Assembly (NCBI RefSeq): GCF_001457595.1
Contig: NZ_LN831039.1
Span: 1,080,001 to 1,112,000 of the forward strand
DNA from: Mycolicibacterium smegmatis
Lineage (GTDB): Bacteria > Actinomycetota > Actinomycetes > Mycobacteriales > Mycobacteriaceae
Length of the DNA: 32,000 nt
Direction of reading: 5' to 3'
The position numbers and the translations under genes are program-made. Under the pieces are notes generated by a model. That model saw only the letters and a program-made list of their open reading frames with translations. It searched no databases and was not told where the DNA came from. Shown piece after piece: positions 18,584-26,924 of this stretch (the first letter of the stretch is position 1; the number at the start of each line of letters is the position of its first letter).

Positions 18584-19597
18584 TCACGCGGCGGGCAGGC
18601 GGACCTCGAACCGTGCACCGGTGTCGAGGTTGCTCGCCGTGAGCGATCCGCCGTGGGCGGCCACCAGGCCCGCGGCGATCGCCAGGCCCAGCCCCGAACC
18701 GCTCGGCAGCGACGAATCAGCGCGCGGCACACGGCCGTTGGATCCGCGGTAGGCCACGTCGAACACCTTCGGCAGATCGGCCTCGTCGATGCCGACGCCG
18801 GTGTCGTCGACGCGGATCCACGCGCCGTCGGTGTCGGAACCCACCGCGAGCGTGACACTTCCACCGTCGGGGGTGTGCGCGATCGCGTTGGCGACGAGAT
18901 TCGACAGCACCCGCAGAAGCGAGCGGTCGCTGCCGATCACGCGCACCGGACCCGTTGGCAACTCGGCCCGCAGCGTCACCCCGGCACGCTGGGCGGGCAG
19001 GCGATGCGCGGACAGCACGTCGTCGACCACCTCGTCGAGCGCCACCTGATCGCGTGTGGGGGCGATCGCCCCCGCGTTGATCTTCGACATCTCGAACAGG
19101 TCGTCGACCATCTCGGCGAGCCGGATCGATTCCTGCTCGATCTGTTTGGCGTGCACCCTGACCTCGTCGTCGGTGACCACACCGTCGGCGATGGCCTCGG
19201 CGACCGCGCGGATACCGGCCAGCGGGGTCCGCAGATCGTGGCTGACGAACGCGACCAGCCGGCGACGCGAATGCTCGGCGGCGCGTTCGGCGTCGCGGAT
19301 CTCCTGCTCCCACACCGTGCGTCGGGCCTGGTATCGCGCCAGCATGATCGCGGCCGGGATCGTCACCACCGACACGATCACCAGCACCACCGCGATGCGC
19401 TCGAACGTCGCGGTGATCATGAACCCGCTGGCGCCGATCACACCGGTGAATGTCGCGACCACGGGGATGAGCACCAGCGCGACCATGCTGACCGCGAGCG
19501 ACCAGGACCGTGCCAGGTGGATGATCACCGCGCCTGCGAGCACCACGGGGACCGAGCAGGCCAGTGCCCATCCGGCGATCTGCCACAGGTCGGTCAT
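18584..19597 (-). CDS. Two-component sensor histidine kinase (OmpR-partner type)
   Basis: LVAFVSHDLRTPLAGIRAVAEAIADG H-box, SNLVANAIAHTPDGG N-box, GSGLGLAIAAGLVAAHGG G-box; ATGA overlap with upstream regulator. Confidence 0.95.
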   Translation of the reverse strand: MTDLWQIAGWALACSVPVVLAGAVIIHLARSWSLAVSMVALVLIPVVATFTGVIGASGFMITATFERIAVVLVIVSVVTIPAAIMLARYQARRTVWEQEIRDAERAAEHSRRRLVAFVSHDLRTPLAGIRAVAEAIADGVVTDDEVRVHAKQIEQESIRLAEMVDDLFEMSKINAGAIAPTRDQVALDEVVDDVLSAHRLPAQRAGVTLRAELPTGPVRVIGSDRSLLRVLSNLVANAIAHTPDGGSVTLAVGSDTDGAWIRVDDTGVGIDEADLPKVFDVAYRGSNGRVPRADSSLPSGSGLGLAIAAGLVAAHGGSLTASNLDTGARFEVRLPAA

Positions 19598-20271
19598 GGC
19601 TGTCCACTCCAGAGGTAGCCGCGGCCCCACACCGTCTGCACCCGGTGGTGCGTGCCGAGCTTCGAGCGCAGCCGCTTGACGTGCACCGTGACGGTGGACA
19701 GGTCGCCGAAGTCCCACCGCCACACCCGCTTGAGCAGATCCTCGCGCGAGAACACGGTGTCGGTATGGGTCAGGAAGAACACCAGCAGGTCGAATTCGCG
19801 GTTGGTCAGGTTCACCGGGCGCCCGGACAATGTGACCGACCGCGACGCGGTCGACACGCGCAGTTCGCCGACCGTGAGTTCGGCCGGCGCGGGCGTCGTC
19901 AGCCCGGACGTGCGGCGCAGCACCGACCGCACACGCAGGGCCAGCTCGCGCGGGCTGAACGGTTTGGTCAGGTAGTCGTCGGCGCCGGCCTCCAGCCCCG
20001 CGATGCGGTCGTCCTCCTCGCCGAGCGCGGTCAGCAGGATCACCGGCAGCCGGTAATCACCGTATTTGCGCAGCTCGCGGCACAACGACAGCCCGTCGGG
20101 CCCGGGCATCATCACGTCGAGCACCGCGACGTCGAGCTGCTCGGACTCCAGCAGCCGCAGCGCCTCCGAGCCGTCGTGCGCGATGGTCACGTCGAGCCCG
20201 TCACGTTCGAGGTAGCGGCGGACGACGTCGCGGACGACGGTGTCGTCGTCGGCGATCAGGACACGGGGCAC
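19594..20271 (-). CDS. OmpR/PhoB-type response regulator
   Basis: MPRVLIADDDTVVRDVVRRYLERDG... receiver, DVMMPGPDG; winged-helix FREDLLKRVWRWDFGDLSTVTVHVKRLRSKL. Confidence 0.95.
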   Translation of the reverse strand: MPRVLIADDDTVVRDVVRRYLERDGLDVTIAHDGSEALRLLESEQLDVAVLDVMMPGPDGLSLCRELRKYGDYRLPVILLTALGEEDDRIAGLEAGADDYLTKPFSPRELALRVRSVLRRTSGLTTPAPAELTVGELRVSTASRSVTLSGRPVNLTNREFDLLVFFLTHTDTVFSREDLLKRVWRWDFGDLSTVTVHVKRLRSKLGTHHRVQTVWGRGYLWSGQP

Positions 20272-20375
20272 AGTCTCTGAGGCTAGTGCCGCACGGCCGC
20301 TACCAGCACCTGCGTCACGAATTCGTCATGGATTGCCCATGGTGTTCACCAACGTCGCGACCTAACGTCGCGTAC

Positions 20376-21035
20376 GTGGCCCCCCGATCCGCAACCGTCA
20401 CGGTGGTGCTGCCCTGTCTCGACGAAGAGCAGTCCCTACCTGCGGTGCTCGCCGCGATACCGCACGGCTACCAGGCGCTCGTCGTCGACAACAACAGCAC
20501 CGACCGCACCGCCGAGGTGGCCCGTGCACACGGCGCCGTGGTGGTCCACGAACCGCGGCCGGGTTACGGGTCGGCCGTGCACGCCGGGGTCCTCGCGGCG
20601 CAGACGCCGGTGGTGGCCGTGCTCGACGGCGACGGATCGCTCGACCCGGCCGCGCTGCCTGCGCTGGTGAGCGCGCTCGACGACGGCGCGGACATGGTGA
20701 TCGGACGCCGCAGGCCCGTGGCCGGGCTGCGCTGGCCGTGGCACGCCCGGTTGGGCACGGCCGCGGTGTGCTGGCGGCTGCGGCGACGGTACGGACTGCC
20801 GGTTCACGACATCGCCCCGATGCGGGTGGCGCGCCGCGAGGCGCTGCTGGACCTGGGGGTGACCGACCGCCGGTCGGGATATCCGCTGGAACTGCTGGTG
20901 CGCGCGGCCCAGGCCGGATGGCGCGTGGTGGAGCACGACGTGACCTACGGCGCGCGCACCGGTGGCAGATCGAAGGTCAGTGGTTCGCTTCGCGGCAGCG
21001 TGATCGCCGCGGTCGACTTCTGGCGGGCGATCTGA
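20376..21035 (+). CDS. Family 2 glycosyltransferase (dolichyl/polyprenyl-phosphate sugar synthase-like)
   Basis: GTG 20376: VAPRSATVTVVLPCLDEEQSLPAVLAAIPHGYQALVVDNNSTDRTAEVA...AVLDGDGSLDP. Confidence 0.88.
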   Translation: MAPRSATVTVVLPCLDEEQSLPAVLAAIPHGYQALVVDNNSTDRTAEVARAHGAVVVHEPRPGYGSAVHAGVLAAQTPVVAVLDGDGSLDPAALPALVSALDDGADMVIGRRRPVAGLRWPWHARLGTAAVCWRLRRRYGLPVHDIAPMRVARREALLDLGVTDRRSGYPLELLVRAAQAGWRVVEHDVTYGARTGGRSKVSGSLRGSVIAAVDFWRAI

Positions 21036-21688
21036 TGCTCGCGGTCACGGTGCTCGTGGTCGCCAAGGCGCCCGTGCCGGGCCTGGCGAAAACCCGCCTG
21101 GCCGCGGGAGTCGGCGCCGATGTGGCCGCGGACATCGCCGCGGCAGCGCTGCTCGACACGCTGGACGCGGTGGCCGGCGCGCCCGTGGCGCACCGTGTGG
21201 TCGCGATGACGGGTGATCTCGCCGAAGCCTGCCGGGGACGCGAAATCGCCGACCGCCTGGCCGATTTCACGGTCGTGGCGCAACGCGGCGACGGTTTCGC
21301 CGAACGTCTGGTCCACGCGCATTCCGACGCCGCGCGACCGGGTTTCCCCGTGCTGCAGATCGGCATGGACACCCCGCAGGTCAGTGCCGGGCTGCTCAGC
21401 GACTGCGGGCAGGCGCTGCTGGGTGCCGATGCGGTTCTCGGCATGGCATGTGACGGCGGCTGGTGGGTGCTGGGTGTGCACGACGCCGCCGCGGCCGCGT
21501 GCCTGCGCACCGTGCCGATGTCGCGGCCCGACACCGGCGAGCTGACGCTTGCGGCGTTGCGGGACAACGGGATCACCGTGCAACTGCTGGCCGAGCTGGC
21601 CGATGTGGACACGATCGACGACATCGACCCGGTGCGCCGCGCGTGCCGGCCCGGCAGCAGGTTCGCATGTGCCACCGAGGGGGTGTGA
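21035..21688 (+). CDS. DUF2064 (TIGR04282-like) nucleotidyl/glycosyltransferase family protein
   Basis: VLVVAKAPVPGLAKTRLAAGVG, QIGMDTPQVSAGLL, GMACDGGWWVLGVHD; TGATG overlap with previous gene. Confidence 0.88.
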   Translation: MLAVTVLVVAKAPVPGLAKTRLAAGVGADVAADIAAAALLDTLDAVAGAPVAHRVVAMTGDLAEACRGREIADRLADFTVVAQRGDGFAERLVHAHSDAARPGFPVLQIGMDTPQVSAGLLSDCGQALLGADAVLGMACDGGWWVLGVHDAAAAACLRTVPMSRPDTGELTLAALRDNGITVQLLAELADVDTIDDIDPVRRACRPGSRFACATEGV

Positions 21689-21691
21689 GGC

Positions 21692-22321
21692 GTGCACGGA
21701 CATCTCTACGACAGGGCGCTCGACGGCGAACGCTGCTGGATCCGGCATGCCGACGGGCGTGTGCAGCGGTTGCCGGTGCGCCGGTGGCTGGGTGGCGCGC
21801 GTTCCGAGCGCCGGTTCGACCGCACCGTGGTGAACCTGTGCTCGGGGCCGACCATCGATCTCGGTTGCGGGCCCGGACGTCTGGTGGCCGGTCTGGTGCG
21901 CCGCGGAGTTCCCGCGCTCGGCGTCGACCAGTCGGTGGCGGCCGTCGCGATCGCGCGCAACAGCGGGGTTCCCGTGCTGTGCCGGGATCTGTTCGGGCCG
22001 TTGCCCGGAACCGGCCGGTGGCACACCGCGCTGCTGGCCGACGGCAACGTGGGGCTGGGCGGAGATCCGTGGCGCGTGCTGCAGCGCGCCGGCGAACTGC
22101 TGCGCCGGGGTGGCGAATGCCTCGCCGAGTTCGACACCGATATCACCGGGGTCGAGGCGAACTGGGTGCGGTTGGAGTCCGCGCATGCCGTCGGCCCGTG
22201 GTTCCGCTGGGCGTCGGTCGGACTGGACTGCGCCGAGCACATCGCGGCCGACGTGGGCCTGGCGCTGAGCACCGTGCACTCGATCGGCGACCGGGCCGTG
22301 GCGAGCCTGGTGGCGGCATGA
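21692..22321 (+). CDS. SAM-dependent methyltransferase
   Basis: GTG start 21692; TIDLGCGPGRLVAGLVRRGVPALGVDQSVAAVAIAR motif I region. Confidence 0.85.
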   Translation: MHGHLYDRALDGERCWIRHADGRVQRLPVRRWLGGARSERRFDRTVVNLCSGPTIDLGCGPGRLVAGLVRRGVPALGVDQSVAAVAIARNSGVPVLCRDLFGPLPGTGRWHTALLADGNVGLGGDPWRVLQRAGELLRRGGECLAEFDTDITGVEANWVRLESAHAVGPWFRWASVGLDCAEHIAADVGLALSTVHSIGDRAVASLVAA

Positions 22322-23472
22322 GCCCGCAGGCCGGGACGAGGGCGGGAGAAAAACCGGCCCCGTTGCGCGGCACCGCGATCACCGCGAGAGTCGGCCTCGC
22401 ACTGGGCGTCGCGGTGGCGGTGTGCTTCGTGACGGGGTTGATCAGCCACTTCATCCAGCACCCGCAGCCATGGTTCTTCTGGCCGACGCGCCCGGTGTGG
22501 CTCTACCGGCTCACCCAGGGGCTGCACGTGATCTCGGGTATCGCAGCCATCCCGCTGATCGTGGTGAAGCTGTGGTCGGTGTGGCCCAAGCTGTTCGAGC
22601 GTCCCGTGATCGGCGGGTTCGTACGCCAGCTCGAGCGTGCTTCGATCCTGGTCCTCGTGGGCGCCATGCTGTTCCAGCTGTCCACCGGGATCATGAACAT
22701 CGCGCAGTGGTACGCGTTCGAGTTCTTCTTCACCACATCGCATTACGCGATGGCCTATGTGGCCGCGGGCGCCGTGCTGGTGCACATCGCGGTCAAACTT
22801 CCCGTCATCCGCAGAGCGCTGGGCGAACCGCTGGAGCAACCGTCGGGTGAGCTGCCCGGCGTCCCCGGACTGTCACGGGGGCTCACGCGCCGCACCGTGC
22901 TGCGCGGCACCTGGCTCGCGGTGGCGGTCGCGACGGTCGCCACGGCCGGGCAGACCGTGCCGCTGCTGCGGAAGGTCTCGGTGCTGGCGCCGCGCACGGG
23001 TCAAGGGCCGCAGGGGGTTCCGGTGAACCGCTCGGCGATCGCGGCCGGTGTGCTGCGCACGGCACGCTCACCGCAGTACCGCCTGACGGTCACCGACGGC
23101 GCGGTCAGCCGTGCGTTCACGCTCGAGGATCTGCAGGCCATGCCGCAGGTCACGCACCGACTGCCCATAGCCTGCGTCGAGGGGTGGAGCGTCGACGCCG
23201 AGTGGACCGGCGCGGTGCTCGCCGATCTCCTCGCCACGGTGGGCGCCTCGCCGGACTCCGACGTGCGGATGATCTCGCTGGAACCGCCCGGTCCGTACTC
23301 GCGCACCACGCTGCCCGCGCGGCACGTGCGTGATTCGCAGACGCTGATCGCGTTGCGGCTCAACGGGGAGGCGCTCGACCTCGATCACGGCTACCCGTGC
23401 CGGTTGATCGCGCCGACACGTCCGGGAGTGCTGCAGACCAAATGGCTTTCGCGCATCGAGGTGGTGCCATGA
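22318..23472 (+). CDS. Molybdopterin-dependent oxidoreductase (sulfite oxidase/YedY-like domain) with N-terminal multi-TM domain
   Basis: N-terminal TM helices with His residues (GLHVISG, SHYAMAYVAAGAVLVHIAVK), then RRTVLRG..., IACVEGWSVDAEWTGAVLADLL, TLPARHVRDSQTLIALRLNGEALDLDHGYPCRLIAP. ATGA overlap. Confidence 0.9.
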   Translation: MSPQAGTRAGEKPAPLRGTAITARVGLALGVAVAVCFVTGLISHFIQHPQPWFFWPTRPVWLYRLTQGLHVISGIAAIPLIVVKLWSVWPKLFERPVIGGFVRQLERASILVLVGAMLFQLSTGIMNIAQWYAFEFFFTTSHYAMAYVAAGAVLVHIAVKLPVIRRALGEPLEQPSGELPGVPGLSRGLTRRTVLRGTWLAVAVATVATAGQTVPLLRKVSVLAPRTGQGPQGVPVNRSAIAAGVLRTARSPQYRLTVTDGAVSRAFTLEDLQAMPQVTHRLPIACVEGWSVDAEWTGAVLADLLATVGASPDSDVRMISLEPPGPYSRTTLPARHVRDSQTLIALRLNGEALDLDHGYPCRLIAPTRPGVLQTKWLSRIEVVP

Positions 23473-23963
23473 CACGAATCGTGTTGGCGGCCCTCGGTGT
23501 CGTCGTCGGCGGTTACGGCGCGGTGCTGTTGTGGGACAACCCGCCCGTGATCCTCGTGCGGATCGTGGTGTGGGCCCTGGTCGCGGTGGTCGTGCACGAT
23601 CTGGTGTTCGCGCCCGTCTGCGCCGCACTGGGCTGGAGCAGTCGCCGCCTCGTCCCGGTGCGCTGGCAGGCCCCGGTCGCTCTGGCGGCGCTGTGCAGCG
23701 TGGTCCTGGCGCTGCTCGCGATCCCGGTGTACGGCAAGCCGGGCCTGCGACCCGACAATCTGAGCGTGCTCGACCGCGACTATGTGCGCGGCCTGTGGTG
23801 GTCGCTGGCGGTCGTGTGGCTGTGTGTGCCCGCCTATATGGGTGGGAAGGCCCTGAAAGACGTGGCGTTCAAGCGGTCCCGTCAGCCACTACCAGTTGGT
23901 CAGGATGAGGTGGTTGAGCGCGAGCGCGCCTGCGACATTGAGCCCCAGCCACCAACGGTGTGA
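23469..23963 (+). CDS. Hypothetical membrane protein
   Basis: ATGA overlap with previous gene; MTRIVLAALGVVVGGYGAVLLWDNPPVILVRIVVWALVAVVVHDLVFAPV..., several TM segments. Confidence 0.75.
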   Translation: MTRIVLAALGVVVGGYGAVLLWDNPPVILVRIVVWALVAVVVHDLVFAPVCAALGWSSRRLVPVRWQAPVALAALCSVVLALLAIPVYGKPGLRPDNLSVLDRDYVRGLWWSLAVVWLCVPAYMGGKALKDVAFKRSRQPLPVGQDEVVERERACDIEPQPPTV

Positions 23964-25253
23964 CCGCGGGGGCAGCAGCGCACCCGCGGCGGTCAGCCAC
24001 ACCGTGAACGGCAGCCAGATGCGTTCGGTCTCGGCCTTGCTCAGCATGCTCAGGTCCGCGAACGTGATGGCCAGCAGCGCACCGATCACCAGCATCGGCA
24101 GGCCCGGATTGCGCCGGGCCGCCTTGATGTCGAACACCCGGCCGATCCCGGCGACACTGCCCAATCCGATCGCACACACCACCGACGCGAGATTCGCCCA
24201 CGACCAGTACTGGAACGGCCGGTTGTTCGCGATTCCCTGCCAATAGCGTTCCTGCACCAGGGTGTAACCGTCGAACCACCAGAACCCGGCGACCAGGAAG
24301 ACCGCCACCACGGCGAGCACCGCGATGACCGCCGGAACGGCCACACGCAGCGCCGCCCGCCAGTCGGGCGCCGTGATCAGCACGGCCAACGCGATCAGCG
24401 CGGCCAGCGCCAGGCCGTAATTGAGGAAGATTCCCCAGCCCAGCAGCAGACCGGAGCCCACCGCGGTCGGTAACGCCACCCGCCGCCGGTGGACACTGTC
24501 GCGGACCGCGAGCGCCAACAGAGCCAGACCCCACGCCGCGACCCCGGCGAAATACCCGTCGGCCGACACCGCGATCCAGATCGCGGTGGGCGCCACCGCG
24601 ACGAACGGTGCGGCCAGTCGTGCGGTGGCCTCACCCGATACGGCCCGCAGCGCGACGACGATCGCGGCCGCGGCACTCGAACCGGCCAGCAGGCACAGCA
24701 ATCCGGCCCACGCGCCGCCGCCGAGACCGATGCGGTCGAGCCACACGAACGTCAAGAGCGCGCCCGGCGGGTGGCCTGACACATGGGTGATCCACGAATC
24801 CGGCTGGAAGTCCAGAATTCTGCTGGAGAACGTGCGCAGCGCCTCGCCGATGTCGGTGACCGACGGCACCTGGCGCAGATATTCGTGACGCGCGGTCAAC
24901 CGGCCGGCGAACCCGCGCTGCCAACCGTCGATCATGGCCAGCGAGAACGCCCACAGCGCCGAGGTCACCCACGCGACCAGCGGCAGCGCGCGCCACGGCA
25001 GGCGTTGGGCCACCGCCGGGCCCCACCAGACCGTGGCCGCGCCGATCAGGACGGCCGGCACCGTGCCCCAGCCGACGTGGGCATTCCACCACCCGAAAAT
25101 CGGTGCGGTGTCGGCAAAACTGTAGATCTGCGCCGGTGTGCTGTTGATCAGTGGCGTGACGATGCCGAGATCGAGATGCGGCACCACGAATGCCGCCGTC
25201 ACCAGCAGTATCGCGATGATCACCGCCACCAGTTCGCGTCGCCCGATCTGCAT
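23889..25253 (-). CDS. Polytopic membrane protein, glycosyltransferase-C/mannosyltransferase-like
   Basis: ~454 aa with many TM helices; MQIGRRELVAVIIAILLVTAAFVVPHLDLG...; position matches Rv0541c. Confidence 0.85.
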   Translation of the reverse strand: MQIGRRELVAVIIAILLVTAAFVVPHLDLGIVTPLINSTPAQIYSFADTAPIFGWWNAHVGWGTVPAVLIGAATVWWGPAVAQRLPWRALPLVAWVTSALWAFSLAMIDGWQRGFAGRLTARHEYLRQVPSVTDIGEALRTFSSRILDFQPDSWITHVSGHPPGALLTFVWLDRIGLGGGAWAGLLCLLAGSSAAAAIVVALRAVSGEATARLAAPFVAVAPTAIWIAVSADGYFAGVAAWGLALLALAVRDSVHRRRVALPTAVGSGLLLGWGIFLNYGLALAALIALAVLITAPDWRAALRVAVPAVIAVLAVVAVFLVAGFWWFDGYTLVQERYWQGIANNRPFQYWSWANLASVVCAIGLGSVAGIGRVFDIKAARRNPGLPMLVIGALLAITFADLSMLSKAETERIWLPFTVWLTAAGALLPPRSHRWWLGLNVAGALALNHLILTNW

Positions 25254-25304
25254 GCGCTCAGCCTATGGCCATACGGCTGAGCAGAGGCTGACGTTTCGCT
25301 GACG

Positions 25305-26162
25305 GTGCGGTCGGGCACAATACCGGACGTGGTCGACGAACAGTTGTTCTGCGGGATCGAGTTGGCCCGGCGTATCGAACGTGCCGAGGCGCAATTGATC
25401 ACGGCCGCCACCGAGGCCACACGCGGCCGCGGCGCCGAGGGACTCGTCCTGCCGGTGGCCGGCGGCTTCGCCTGCTTCGCCGAACCAGGTTCGCCCATGA
25501 ACAAAGTGGTGGGCCTCGGTTTCAAGGGCGTCCCGGACGAATCGGTTCTCGGGCGGGTGGAGCGTGCCCTCGCGGCGCGTGGGTCGGCGACCCAGGTCGA
25601 GCTGTCCAATTTGGCAGATCCCGAAATCGCCGCATTGTTGACCGGTCGCGGCTATCGGCTGGAGGGGTTCGAGAACGTCCTCGGCCGACGCGTCACGGGC
25701 GAGACCTCCGGCCCGCCCGCCGGGGTCGAGGTGCACCGGGCACAGGATCTCACGGCCTTTGTCGACGTCGTGGTCGACGGTTTCGCGCATCCAGACGCCC
25801 AGGGCGTGCCCAGCCACGAGGACTTTCCCCGCGACGTCGTGGATCGGGTCACCCGCGACTTCCAAAAGGCCGGGGCGACACCCTATGTCGCGTTGTGTGA
25901 CGGCGCGGTCGTGGGCGGCGGCAGCGTGCGGTTCACCGACGGGATCGCGCAGTTGACCGGTGCGGCAACCGCGCCGGCGTACCGGCGTCGCGGTGTCCAA
26001 TCCGCATTGTTGCGGGCCAGGCTCGCCGACGCCGCGGCGGCGGGCTGCGAACTCGCGGTCGTCACCACCGCACCGGGATCGCTGTCACAGCACAACGTGC
26101 AGCGCCGCGGCTTCCAACTGCTCTACACCCGTGCGATCCTCGTCAAACCGCCGTCGAATTGA
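25305..26162 (+). CDS. GNAT-family N-acetyltransferase
   Basis: C-terminal GNAT fold: GAVVGGGSVRFTDGIAQLTGAATAPAYRRRGVQSALLRARLADAAAAGCELAVVTTAPGSLSQHNVQRRGFQLLY. Confidence 0.88.
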   Translation: MRSGTIPDVVDEQLFCGIELARRIERAEAQLITAATEATRGRGAEGLVLPVAGGFACFAEPGSPMNKVVGLGFKGVPDESVLGRVERALAARGSATQVELSNLADPEIAALLTGRGYRLEGFENVLGRRVTGETSGPPAGVEVHRAQDLTAFVDVVVDGFAHPDAQGVPSHEDFPRDVVDRVTRDFQKAGATPYVALCDGAVVGGGSVRFTDGIAQLTGAATAPAYRRRGVQSALLRARLADAAAAGCELAVVTTAPGSLSQHNVQRRGFQLLYTRAILVKPPSN

Positions 26163-26181
26163 CGCAGTCCGATATTCGAGG

Positions 26182-26691
26182 TTATTGATTCGCGGCTTCG
26201 TACGCGGTGATGATCTCGGTGGAAAGGCGTCCGCGCTCGGAGACGCTGTGGCCGTTGGCCCGCGCCCATTCGCGGATCGCGCGGCTGCGCTCCTGGCTTG
26301 ACGTGCCTGCAGTTTTCGATGCGGTCCTGCGCGAAGAGGCCTTGCGCTTCGGTGCGCCCTTGGCGGCTGCCGCTTTGAGCGCCCGGTTGGATGCCCTTTT
26401 CGACACCCCGTTCGAGGTCCCGTTCGATTCCGCCTTCGAGGCAGCTTTGGCCTCGGCGGGTTTCCGGGCGCGGGCCGCCTTGCGCGTCACACGTCCGTCG
26501 TCGGCCTTCGCCTTCTTTGCGGCCTTGATGTAGCGCGCGATGTCCTTGTTGAACTGGGCGCCGTTCTTGGTGGTCAGGACAAGTGTGTAGTCCTCGCCGC
26601 GGTACGAAAATTCGACCGTGTCAACATCTTTCTCGTCGATCGGAACCCCGTCGAGATCGTCGATGTAGTCGATCGTCACAATTTTTCCCAC
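26182..26691 (-). CDS. Lsr2-like nucleoid-associated protein with extended Lys/Ala-rich linker
   Basis: N-term VTIDYIDDLDGVPIDEKDVDTVEFSYRGEDYTLVLTTKNGAQFNKDIARYI; C-term ERSRAIREWARANGHSVSERGRLSTEIITAYEAA matches Lsr2 DNA-binding AT-hook-like domain. Confidence 0.9.
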   Translation of the reverse strand: MGKIVTIDYIDDLDGVPIDEKDVDTVEFSYRGEDYTLVLTTKNGAQFNKDIARYIKAAKKAKADDGRVTRKAARARKPAEAKAASKAESNGTSNGVSKRASNRALKAAAAKGAPKRKASSRRTASKTAGTSSQERSRAIREWARANGHSVSERGRLSTEIITAYEAANQ

Positions 26692-26863
26692 GCAGCTTCC
26701 TCCGATGTCGGTGACTATTTTTATTCCAAAGCCTACCGTGTGTTGTGAGCGGTCAGAACATCACTGCATCGGAAACCGGCCGCGCGCCATCATTGATCAT
26801 TTCCGCGGGCCCGAAATACCGGGGTTCTCCGCCAGTGGTCAATGGCATCACCCATAAGCGCCC

Positions 26864-26915
26864 ACCGTGCATCCTTGGCGGAAAAAGCGCTGAAATCCCG
26901 CCCACGATGCACGGT
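26864..26915 (-). terminator. Nested hairpin downstream of the PPOX gene, candidate terminator
   Basis: Outer stem ACCGTGCATC (26864-26873)/GATGCACGGT (26906-26915), inner stem GGCGG (26877-26881)/CCGCC (26898-26902); begins 9 nt after the minus-strand stop codon. Confidence 0.55.
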
Positions 26916-26924
26916 CGCCGCGAA

